Part shown: one piece after another, positions 48,180 through 56,746 of the stretch
How positions within the stretch are numbered: position 1 is the stretch's first letter
Layout of the letters: every line of letters begins with the position of its first letter
Assembly: GCA_963666275.2 (NCBI GenBank)
Contig: CAXXOA010000002.1
Span: 2,219,697-2,283,696, forward strand
DNA length: 64,000 nt
Reading direction: 5' to 3'
DNA from: Oceanispirochaeta sp.
GTDB lineage: Bacteria > Spirochaetota > Spirochaetia > DSM-2461
The notes under the pieces: model-generated
What the model saw: only the letters and a program-made list of their open reading frames with translations
Databases searched by the model: none
What the model was told of the DNA's origin: nothing
Program-made: the position numbers and the translations under genes

Positions 48180-50009
48180 TTATCCCTGCTGGGGGAAATA
48201 CATATTCAAGATATATTCTTCCTGGAAACCCGGATGGGAAGAAAGCTCAAGGTAACCGGCGGTTTCGCGGATTCTGCGGCATTTTTCAAGTTTTTTGCCC
48301 CAGAGGGCTGCCTGAATCACACCGGCACCGCAGGAGTTGCCCACCGATTCGATCCTGTCCGAGAGCTCCATGGGGAGGAGTCCTATCTCCAGGGCGCTCT
48401 GTTTGTCTATGTAGGAGCCGAATCCTCCTGCCAGATAGACGTTCTGAATCTGATCCATAGTAATGCCGTATTCCTTCACAAGGGTGGCGATTCCCGCACC
48501 GATGGAACCCTTGGCCAGCTGAACTTCCCGCAGATCCTTCTGACTGAAAAAGATCTCCCTGTTGTCCCGGGTCAGCATAAAGTGGAGGTCCTCCGAGTCG
48601 GGGTCCATAAACCCTATATTTTCCGGAGGATTCCCCTGCCAGTCATCTTCATCGGTGAACCGCCCCGTATAGTCGGCGATTCCGGTTCTCAGCAGATAGG
48701 CGGTCATGTCGATGATGCCGGATCCGCAGATTCCTATGGCCGGTTTATCCTGTATTGTTTTCCACTCCAGAACACCGTCTTCTCCGGTTACTTCGCTTAT
48801 GGCTCCGGGAATCCCGCCTGTTCCGCACTGGATATTGGCTCCTTCAAAAGCCGGTCCCGCCGCAGTGGAGCAGGTGAGTATTTTCTCTCTGTTTCCCAGG
48901 GCGATCTCGCCGTTTGTCCCTATATCCACAAGAAGACTGATCTCTTCACTGTCGCTCATTCCGGTGGAAAGTATCCCCGCCACGATATCCGCACCAATGT
49001 AGGCCGAAAGGGAGGGCAGAAGGATAAAGCGCATATGCGAGGGCAGGGGAATCTCCAGATCCAGCGGGGTGAGGCAGGTCTCGGAAGTGGAAACCGGGAT
49101 AAAAGGAGCCACCGCCAGGTAGCGCGGATTCAGCCCCGAGAGGATATGCATCATGGTCGTATTTCCCGCCAGAAACATCCCGCAGATATCCTCTTCGCTG
49201 ACTCCCGAGGCCAGGATCAGGTCCGAATGATAGGATTCCAGCTGCAGAAGGATCCTCTCCTGCAGTTTTCTCAGTTTCTCCGGATCCTCAGCTATGTAGT
49301 CTATCCGGGAGATCACATCTCCTCCAAAGCTTTTCTGTCTGTTCAGACCAGAAGAGGTCCCTTCCACTTTTCCCGTGTTCAGATTCAGGAGATAGGCCAC
49401 CACAGTGGTTGTCCCGATATCCACCGCAATCGCATAGTGAGTTCCTGTCCTGTCGCCGGGGAATATGGAAAGGACTTCATTCCCCCATGTAGTGACTGTC
49501 AGTTCCTTCTCCTCCCGCATCAGCCGGGGTAGTCTTTTTCTCAAACTGTGATCTCTGATACAGGCGCCTGCGGGAAGATCCTCCAGAAGCCTCAGTTCAT
49601 CGGGCCTCTGGTCATCCAGAGAGGGCTCTGAAGGAGTCACAAGGACTCTTTTAAACAGGGGATCGATGGGGCCGTCATAGACCTTACCGGCCGTCTTGAT
49701 TCTGCCCCCTTTCAGGGAGCTTTCCAGTTCCAGTTCCACCGGCCCCAGGGCTGTGGTCCTGCAGGCCAGACGGACCCCCCGGGAAAGCTCGGCGGGACTG
49801 AGCAGCTTCTCTTCTTCCTCTGTGAGGGGGGAAACATAGCCGTTGATGACTTTAATCCTGCATTTTCCGCAGGTTCCTTTTCCCCCGCAGGGAGCGTCTA
49901 TGGATATGTCGGGGAGATGGTTGAGAGCCTCCAGTAAATTCATCTCTTTACTTATAGTTTCGTTGATTATACGGCTCTCATAATGTAAAGTTAAATGAAC
50001 AGTTTCCAT
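48180..50009 (-). CDS. ASKHA-domain reductive activator of corrinoid proteins (RACE/RACo, DUF4445)
   Basis: [2Fe-2S] motifs PCGGKGTCGKC and RLAC; VDIGTTT, GGDVISRI, DIGTNGE, AAGPAFEG, GICGSG and LAGGFG. Confidence 0.93.
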   Translation of the reverse strand: METVHLTLHYESRIINETISKEMNLLEALNHLPDISIDAPCGGKGTCGKCRIKVINGYVSPLTEEEEKLLSPAELSRGVRLACRTTALGPVELELESSLKGGRIKTAGKVYDGPIDPLFKRVLVTPSEPSLDDQRPDELRLLEDLPAGACIRDHSLRKRLPRLMREEKELTVTTWGNEVLSIFPGDRTGTHYAIAVDIGTTTVVAYLLNLNTGKVEGTSSGLNRQKSFGGDVISRIDYIAEDPEKLRKLQERILLQLESYHSDLILASGVSEEDICGMFLAGNTTMMHILSGLNPRYLAVAPFIPVSTSETCLTPLDLEIPLPSHMRFILLPSLSAYIGADIVAGILSTGMSDSEEISLLVDIGTNGEIALGNREKILTCSTAAGPAFEGANIQCGTGGIPGAISEVTGEDGVLEWKTIQDKPAIGICGSGIIDMTAYLLRTGIADYTGRFTDEDDWQGNPPENIGFMDPDSEDLHFMLTRDNREIFFSQKDLREVQLAKGSIGAGIATLVKEYGITMDQIQNVYLAGGFGSYIDKQSALEIGLLPMELSDRIESVGNSCGAGVIQAALWGKKLEKCRRIRETAGYLELSSHPGFQEEYILNMYFPQQG

Positions 50010-50122
50010 AGGTCCCTCTCAAATATTGGAGATTTTACTATATTCAAGTAAAACATCAGGGTCTTCAGGGAATCTTGTACTAATCCATAATTTTTTTGTA
50101 CTTATCTGTTGGGGGAAATGGA

Positions 50123-51313
50123 ATGAAAAAATACAGCATCCTGTTCTTGCTACTCTTTCTGCCTTCCCTTCTTGCGGCCACACCTCAGGAGGATTTCCTC
50201 ACCGCCCTGAGAGAGTCCCGCCTGCAGGATGCCTCTTTCTATCTGCGGAACGGTGTTTCCATCAATGAACCGCTCCTGGATGGGCAGCCGGTATTGAATA
50301 TAATGTGCCGGGAACTGAGAAGTTCCATAGTCCGCTGGCTTCTGGACAACGGAGCTGATCCTGATATCACCGATAATGACGGCCTGTCTCCTCTCATGTA
50401 TGCGGCCCTCAAGGGGAATCGGGACATTGCCCAGATCCTCCTTCTGGCGGGGGCTCAGATCAATCTTAGAGACCCTTTCGGTAATACGGCCCTGCAGATC
50501 GCGGTCAATCACGGGCACTGGCAGCTGGCGGATTTTCTGGAAAAGCGGGGCGGCGCTGTGGGGGAGGGGTATTTTGAACATCCCGTCCTGAGTGAAGTCT
50601 GGACCAGAAGAGAGCACTACAGGGAAACCCTTATGCTCATTGAAGACAGATGGCCTTCCTATGAGTTTCTGAAAGCCGTCCGGGACGGGGACTATAAAAA
50701 AACTCTTGAATTGCTCAGTGAGGGATCTTCTCCCGATGCGGCAGACTCCAGGGGTGTCAGTGCTCTGATGATTTCGGCCTCTCTGGATACCCCCTATATC
50801 AGCGAACTGCTGCTGCAGGAAGGGGCCGATCCGTTCGCAGAAGATGAACTGGGCCTGACAGCCCTCTGGTATGCGTCTTTTCAGGGACGGCAGGATCTTG
50901 TCGACTCCCTTCTGGAACGGGGAGTCTCACCGGAATCCGCCTATCTGGAAGTCTCCCCGCTTTTTGCGGCCTTCGCGGGACAGCAGTATAAAACTATGGA
51001 GTTTCTTCTCTCTGCCGGCGCCGATCCGGAGCAGTCCGGCCGTCTCGGGGCCCGTCTGGTTCATTACGGGGCTTTCAACGGAGATATGAGAACTCTGAAA
51101 ATCCTCGAACGCCACGGCGCGTCTCCGGCTGTTCCTGATGCGGACGGGAAAACCGCTCTGGATTACCTTGTCACCGGATTCAATCTGAATGAGAGTGAAG
51201 AGAGGTATCTTCCTGTGGCACAGTATCTGAAAGATAAAAAAACGGGATACACCATTGACCCTGAAGTAACCGGTAGTGTTAAACTCGAGAAAATCATAAC
51301 CTACAACTGGTAA
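50123..51313 (+). CDS. Exported ankyrin-repeat protein
   Basis: Signal peptide; repeated GADP...G.SPL/TAL motifs. Confidence 0.88.
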   Translation: MKKYSILFLLLFLPSLLAATPQEDFLTALRESRLQDASFYLRNGVSINEPLLDGQPVLNIMCRELRSSIVRWLLDNGADPDITDNDGLSPLMYAALKGNRDIAQILLLAGAQINLRDPFGNTALQIAVNHGHWQLADFLEKRGGAVGEGYFEHPVLSEVWTRREHYRETLMLIEDRWPSYEFLKAVRDGDYKKTLELLSEGSSPDAADSRGVSALMISASLDTPYISELLLQEGADPFAEDELGLTALWYASFQGRQDLVDSLLERGVSPESAYLEVSPLFAAFAGQQYKTMEFLLSAGADPEQSGRLGARLVHYGAFNGDMRTLKILERHGASPAVPDADGKTALDYLVTGFNLNESEERYLPVAQYLKDKKTGYTIDPEVTGSVKLEKIITYNW

Positions 51314-51376
51314 TTCCCGTTCGTTGGATACATAAAATGATTTAAATAAAGTAAAAAGGTGCGACACGGAGGGTAC

Positions 51377-51853
51377 ATGATCACTTTCATTGTGGATAAA
51401 TTCTACTACCTTTTCCTGGGACTTATAATCCTGTCTCTGGTTCAGAGACACAGGGGAAGAGGCAATACAAAAAGGACAGCCACTGTTTTTCAGGCAATCC
51501 TTGTATTTATAATCTATATCGGAGCCATGGTCATTCAGGAAGAGGGACTGGAGAAAAAGTGGATTGCCATACCCTTTGCGGTGGTGGCGCTGGCCCTTTA
51601 TCTGTTCCGGCCGAGAATCCTGCCCTATAAGCTCCACTGCCGGAACTGCGGAACCAGACTGACTGCAAGTCAGATCTTTATGCATGATTCCAATCTCTGC
51701 GCCGCCTGCGATCCTGATGACCAGCCCGCAGAGGATGTTCAGGGGGAAGAGGCAGACCAGGCCGGAGAGGAAGAGGCCCGGACCGCAGTGGAAGAGACCT
51801 CTCTCCCCGCTGGACAGGACGAGCCCGAGACGGAAGAGAAGAAAGAAGAGTAG
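51377..51853 (+). CDS. Hypothetical membrane protein with a Zn-ribbon and acidic tail
   Basis: Three TM segments; CRNC...CAAC; RBS GGAGG. Confidence 0.7.
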   Translation: MITFIVDKFYYLFLGLIILSLVQRHRGRGNTKRTATVFQAILVFIIYIGAMVIQEEGLEKKWIAIPFAVVALALYLFRPRILPYKLHCRNCGTRLTASQIFMHDSNLCAACDPDDQPAEDVQGEEADQAGEEEARTAVEETSLPAGQDEPETEEKKEE

Positions 51854-51869
51854 CACACAGGAGGTAGGT

Positions 51870-52211
51870 ATGGACCTGCAGGAAAAACTGAAAGATCTTG
51901 TTATTGTTGATGATCCCGGGATAATCGGCAAAACTGCGGATGTTCTGGAGGGCATGAAATATACCCCCACTCTGCTGACGGACTTTCCCGGATTTCTCAG
52001 GGTAAGCAGCGATGCCTTCTTCGCCCGGGTGGAGGAGATCCTCAATGCTCCGGATGTGGACGAGGGGGATCTTCCCCCTGATGAGACCCAGGACTCTTTC
52101 CGGGAGCGCCAGGTTTCCATGCTTATCTACCACTACAAGCTGCTTAATCGTCTCAGGCAGGATGAACCGGAAGCCTGGGATGAAATTAACGAGCTCATGG
52201 AAGACGATTGA
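51870..52211 (+). CDS. Hypothetical protein
   Basis: RBS AGGAGG before ATG 51870 (MDLQEKLK...). Confidence 0.7.
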   Translation: MDLQEKLKDLVIVDDPGIIGKTADVLEGMKYTPTLLTDFPGFLRVSSDAFFARVEEILNAPDVDEGDLPPDETQDSFRERQVSMLIYHYKLLNRLRQDEPEAWDEINELMEDD

Positions 52212-52274
52212 CCCGGAGCAATCCGGGGTGAAACCTCCCTTGTAAGCATATTAAAACCATTATATTATCCCCTT

Positions 52275-53726
52275 ATGGAAAAGAATTCTCTCGCCCGTTT
52301 TGATGCGGGTAAGACAGCCTGGCTTGTGGGTATAAAAGGAACAGGCATGTGTGCTCTGGCGGAAATCCTTCATGCCCGGGGGCTCATCGTCTCCGGATCG
52401 GATGTTCCCGAAGAGTTTTACACCGATAAGGTCCTGCAGTCGCAGGGCATTCCCTATAAAAAAGGATTTGATCCTTCCCAGCTGCCCGGTACTGTGGATC
52501 TGGCTGTCCGGTCCGCCGCCTACGGACCGGAAAATCCCGAGGTCGCCGCTCTGGAGGCCAGGGGGATCCCTGTCTATGTGTATCCTGAAGCCCTGGGTAT
52601 GCTCTCCCGGGGAATTCCCACAGGCGCCGTCAGCGGTGTTCACGGGAAAACAACCACCACCGCCATTGCGGGCTGTCTTGTTCAGTCCCTGGGGCTGACG
52701 GGGGAAGTCGTGGTGGGAAGCGCGGTTCCCGCTTTCGGCAACCGTTCCACCCTGATACAGGGGAAGGATTTTCTCATAGCCGAAACCTGCGAATACCGCC
52801 GGCATTTCAACTACTTTTCTCCCGACAGAATCATCCTTACAAGTGTGGAGCCCGATCATCTGGACTACTTCAGGGATATGGAGGATATCTCCGAAGCCTT
52901 TCAGACCTTTGCGGAAAAGCTGCCTCCGCGAGGCTCCCTTATCTACTGCTCTGATGATCCCGGTGCCGCTGCCGTGGCAGAGAAGGTCAAAGAGAACAGG
53001 GAGGATATTCGTCTTCAGCCCTACGGCTTCCATGCCGCCGGCCCCTGGGGAATCGAAAAACTTCCATCCCTCCGGGAGGGGGAAAACTCCTTCCGCCTCA
53101 AAGGTTATGATCAGACCTTCCGGATCCGTATTCCCGGGGATCATGTGATTCAGGATGCCGCCGCCGCTATCGCCATGGTGGCGGATCAGCTCTCTTCCAT
53201 GGATATTCCCCTGGACAGGGATGTTCTTGATCAGCTTGAAAAAGGCCTGTACAATTTTACAGGGAGTCGCAGACGCAGCGAAATCGTGGGAAATGCCGGG
53301 AATGTCCTTGTTATGGACGATTACGGTCACCATCCTTCGGCCATTCGGAAAACTCTGGAGGGAATCCGGGAATTTTATCCGGGAAAAAGGATCATTCTGG
53401 ATTTTATGTCCCATACATACAGCAGAACCGCTGCTCTTCTGGAAGAGTTCGCCGGTTCCTTTAATGCAGCAGATACAGTCATTCTGCATAAGATCTACGC
53501 TTCTGCCAGAGAAGAGTTCAGCGGCTCTGTCTCGGGAAAGGATCTATACAGGGCAGCCTGCCGTCACCATGGGAATGTTCTCTATTATGAAGAACCCGAT
53601 GAGGCCCTTCCCTTTCTGTTGAAAGAACTGAAAGAGGGAGACCTTTTTATAACCATGGGGGCCGGCGACAACTGGCAGCTGGGCAGGCGCCTGATGGATG
53701 AACTGAATAAGGAGAAATTTCAATGA
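52275..53726 (+). CDS. murC: UDP-N-acetylmuramate--L-alanine ligase
   Basis: GIKGTGMCALA, GVHGKTTTT, ETCEY, DHLDYF, DDYGHHP and TMGAGD. Confidence 0.95.
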   Translation: MEKNSLARFDAGKTAWLVGIKGTGMCALAEILHARGLIVSGSDVPEEFYTDKVLQSQGIPYKKGFDPSQLPGTVDLAVRSAAYGPENPEVAALEARGIPVYVYPEALGMLSRGIPTGAVSGVHGKTTTTAIAGCLVQSLGLTGEVVVGSAVPAFGNRSTLIQGKDFLIAETCEYRRHFNYFSPDRIILTSVEPDHLDYFRDMEDISEAFQTFAEKLPPRGSLIYCSDDPGAAAVAEKVKENREDIRLQPYGFHAAGPWGIEKLPSLREGENSFRLKGYDQTFRIRIPGDHVIQDAAAAIAMVADQLSSMDIPLDRDVLDQLEKGLYNFTGSRRRSEIVGNAGNVLVMDDYGHHPSAIRKTLEGIREFYPGKRIILDFMSHTYSRTAALLEEFAGSFNAADTVILHKIYASAREEFSGSVSGKDLYRAACRHHGNVLYYEEPDEALPFLLKELKEGDLFITMGAGDNWQLGRRLMDELNKEKFQ

Positions 53727-54592
53727 TAAGCATGACCGGTTACGGCTACAAAGAGTATCAGGATGAAAAAATCCGGTTTACCCTGGAAATTAAAACCTAC
53801 AACAACCGTTATCTGGATCTCATACTGAATCTTCCGGCGCCGCTCTCGCCGCTGGAAAGCCGTGTCAGATCACTGGTCTCCAGTACCATCCGCCGGGGAA
53901 GGGTGGAGATCTACCTGAGAATGAAAGAGCTGGAAGAGGATATTTCTCTGATCGTCGATGAGGAAGCCGTGAAAAGCTATGCGGGAACCCTGAATCGGAT
54001 CAGAGAGATCGCCGGTATCGAGACGCCTCTCTCTCTGGGGCATCTTATCTCCATGGACGGAGTGATAAAAACTGAAAAAAACAGAGATATAGAAAATTAC
54101 TGGATCCTTCTGGAACCGCTTTTTGCGGATGTTCTTCAGCAGGTTCGTGAGGACCGCCGGAGGGAGGGAGCCAGTACGGCAGAGGATATCTCCCGGCAGG
54201 TCAGTTTCCTTGAGAGTCGGGTAGGAGAGATTGAAACCCTGGCACCCGGCATGGAGGAGCAGATCAACAGGTCTCTGAGAGATAAATTTGATGACCTTCT
54301 GGAGGGCAAGGCGGATGAAAGCCGGATCCTTTCGGAAATTGCCGTTCAGCTTGTCCGGTTTGATATCAATGAGGAAATTGTCAGACTCAAAACGCATTTT
54401 GAGAATTTCAGGGACGTCTCTGCCCATGATGATGAACCCATCGGAAAGAAACTGGACTTTCTCTGTCAGGAGATCAACCGGGAAATTAACACAATCGGTT
54501 CCAAAAGTACTCTGGTGGAAATCAATCAGTTTGTGGTGGAGATGAAAGATTCACTAGAAAAAGTCAGGGAGCAGCTGCGCAATGTCGAATAG
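53723..54592 (+). CDS. yicC: YicC/YloC-family endoribonuclease
   Basis: SMTGYG, NNRYLD, DINEE, GKKLDFLCQEINREINTIGSK and REQLRNVE. Confidence 0.95.
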   Translation: MISMTGYGYKEYQDEKIRFTLEIKTYNNRYLDLILNLPAPLSPLESRVRSLVSSTIRRGRVEIYLRMKELEEDISLIVDEEAVKSYAGTLNRIREIAGIETPLSLGHLISMDGVIKTEKNRDIENYWILLEPLFADVLQQVREDRRREGASTAEDISRQVSFLESRVGEIETLAPGMEEQINRSLRDKFDDLLEGKADESRILSEIAVQLVRFDINEEIVRLKTHFENFRDVSAHDDEPIGKKLDFLCQEINREINTIGSKSTLVEINQFVVEMKDSLEKVREQLRNVE

Positions 54593-55130
54593 TAAGCCCT
54601 TCAGGATTGCCATATCAGGTAAAAGCGGATGTGGGAATTCCACTGTAACCGGTCTGCTGTCCAAAAGGCTGCAGATCAAAATGATCAACTATACCTTTCA
54701 CAACATAGCCGAGGATCAGGGGATAGAGTTCCGGGAACTCTGCCGGATGGCCGAAGAAGATCCTAAATGGGACTACTTTGTAGATGAGAACCAGGTGAAA
54801 CTGGCCATGGAAGGGTCATCCGTTCTGGGATCCCGTCTGGCTATCTGGATGCTCAGGGAAGCGGATCTGAAGGTTTTTCTGACTGCCTCTCCCGAAACAC
54901 GGGCCGCAAGGATACAGCACCGCGAGGGGGGATCTCTGGAACAGCGGGCGGAAGAAACCGCCGAAAGAGACAGAAGGGACAACGCCCGGTATAAAAAACT
55001 CTACGATATTGATAATGACGACTACGCCTTTGCGGATCTGATAATCAATACGGACAGACTGAATCAGTACCACGTGGCCGATATCATTGAAGCCGCCGCT
55101 CTGGCGCTGATTGCCGAGAAGAACAGTTAG
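54582..55130 (+). CDS. cmk: Cytidylate kinase (archaeal-type CMK family)
   Basis: ISGKSGCGNST, GSRLAIW, RAARI..REG and RYKKLYDID. Confidence 0.8.
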   Translation: MSNSKPFRIAISGKSGCGNSTVTGLLSKRLQIKMINYTFHNIAEDQGIEFRELCRMAEEDPKWDYFVDENQVKLAMEGSSVLGSRLAIWMLREADLKVFLTASPETRAARIQHREGGSLEQRAEETAERDRRDNARYKKLYDIDNDDYAFADLIINTDRLNQYHVADIIEAAALALIAEKNS

Positions 55131-55290
55131 TCAGCCTCATGCGGTAAGAAGATCAATATATGCTGGAAACAATCTATGCCCCCGGGACTGGAACTGAAGA
55201 TTCCCGGGGAGATCCCGAAGGATCTATTTACAATATATTGCTGAAACACTATAATATCTTTTCTGACTAAAAAATTGGAAGGTGCAGTAA

Positions 55291-55497
55291 ATGGCAACAG
55301 ATAGTAATCTGATCATTCCCCTGGGGACTCTCGTCAATAACGAGGGAAATATGTATGAGCTGACAAATGCGGCGATTCACAGAGCCGCTCAGATCAGCGT
55401 GGCAGGAAGCGACGACCTGGAAAAAAACAAAGGTAAAATCGTTTCTACAGCTCTTGAGGAAATCATCAGCAAGAAAGTTGAGTACCGCTACCAGTAA
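55291..55497 (+). CDS. rpoZ: RNA polymerase omega subunit
   Basis: NMYELTNAAIHRAAQI and KIVSTALEEI; conserved position after yicC and the NMP kinase. Confidence 0.85.
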   Translation: MATDSNLIIPLGTLVNNEGNMYELTNAAIHRAAQISVAGSDDLEKNKGKIVSTALEEIISKKVEYRYQ

Positions 55498-56419
55498 ATA
55501 CCCCTTTCCCGTTATCTGTCTGTTCGGTCCCACTGCGGTCGGTAAAACCGATTTGCTCATGGAACTGTTCAAAGGAACGGGAGAAATCATCAGTGCCGAT
55601 TCCATGCAGGTATACAGACGCATGGATATCGGCACGGCAAAACCCGATAAAAACTACCTTAAACAGCTTCCCCACCATCTCATTGATATTCTGGAATGTA
55701 CGTCACAGTTTAATACAGGCGACTTTGTCAAAATGGCAGACGCGGCTGTTCAGGATATCCTGGAAAGGAATCTCCTTCCCGTTATTTCAGGGGGAACCGC
55801 TTTCTATTTCAGAAATTTTCTCTACGGTCTGCCTGAAGTGCCTTCTGTCTCGCCGGATATCCGACGGAACCTGAACAGGAGGAAAGAGGAGGAGGGGCTT
55901 GAGGTTCTCAGGGAGGAGCTCTGCCGTGTGGATCCCGCCTCGGCAGACAGGATAGACAGGGGGGACTCGTCCCGGATAATCCGGGCCCTGGAGGTCTATC
56001 TGGGGACAGGCAGGACTCTCTCGGAATTTCCTCTTCCTTCGGAACCCCGGGGCTCCCATCGCTGCCTTATGATCGGTCTCAAGCGGCAGAGGGAAGAACT
56101 TTATGAAAGGATTAATGAACGCGTGGAGATCATGTTTGACAGAGGTCTCACCGAAGAGGTTTTCTCTCTTGTTCAGGAGGGAGCTTCTTTTGATGATCCC
56201 GGCATGAAGGGGATAGGCTACAGCGAGTTTGCCAGGATGTTTGACAACGGCTGCTGTTCACTTGAAAAGGTGAAAGAGCAGATCAAGCAGGATTCCCGCC
56301 GATATGCCAAAAGGCAGATGACATTTTTCAGGTCTCTGCCCGGTGTGGAATGGTTTCATCCCGACCGGAAAGAGAAGATTCGGGAACGTATAGAGATATT
56401 CCTGAAAGAGAGTCCCTGA
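55478..56419 (+). CDS. miaA: tRNA dimethylallyltransferase
   Basis: GPTAVGKT, ISADSMQVY, DIGTAKP, GGTAFY and YAKRQMTFF; probable TTG start overlapping rpoZ. Confidence 0.95.
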   Translation: MSTATSKYPFPVICLFGPTAVGKTDLLMELFKGTGEIISADSMQVYRRMDIGTAKPDKNYLKQLPHHLIDILECTSQFNTGDFVKMADAAVQDILERNLLPVISGGTAFYFRNFLYGLPEVPSVSPDIRRNLNRRKEEEGLEVLREELCRVDPASADRIDRGDSSRIIRALEVYLGTGRTLSEFPLPSEPRGSHRCLMIGLKRQREELYERINERVEIMFDRGLTEEVFSLVQEGASFDDPGMKGIGYSEFARMFDNGCCSLEKVKEQIKQDSRRYAKRQMTFFRSLPGVEWFHPDRKEKIRERIEIFLKESP

Positions 56420-56550
56420 TTTTTCTCATATTCCCCTTGACCATACACGCCCGCATGGTCATAATAGTCGGAGCTCTGTATTGCCGGAGAATTGTAATTC
56501 AGACCTGGAAGCTGTTGTTTTCAGGATTATTCTATAAGGAGATTGCGCAA

Positions 56551-56640
56551 GTGCCCTGTGGTAGAAAACGTAAAAGAAAAAAAATTGCGACTCACAAAAG
56601 AAAGAAGAAACTGAGAAAGAACAGACATAAACACAAATAG
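56551..56640 (+). CDS. 29-aa basic protein of the bS22 / AURKAIP1-COX24 (DUF1713) family
   Basis: MPCGRKRKRKKIATHKRKKKLRKNRHKHK; RBS TAAGGAG before the GTG; own terminator. Confidence 0.85.
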   Translation: MPCGRKRKRKKIATHKRKKKLRKNRHKHK

Positions 56641-56681
56641 GTCGATTCTTTTTTAAATTATCAATCGTGAGAAAGCAGCAG

Positions 56682-56710
56682 GGCGGTATTATTTAATACC
56701 GCCTTTTTTT
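56682..56710 (+). terminator. Intrinsic terminator
   Basis: GGCGGTATT-attt-AATACCGCC followed by T7. Confidence 0.85.
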
Positions 56711-56746
56711 GCTCCTGAATCATGATGAAATCAGAGGTTTATTTTT

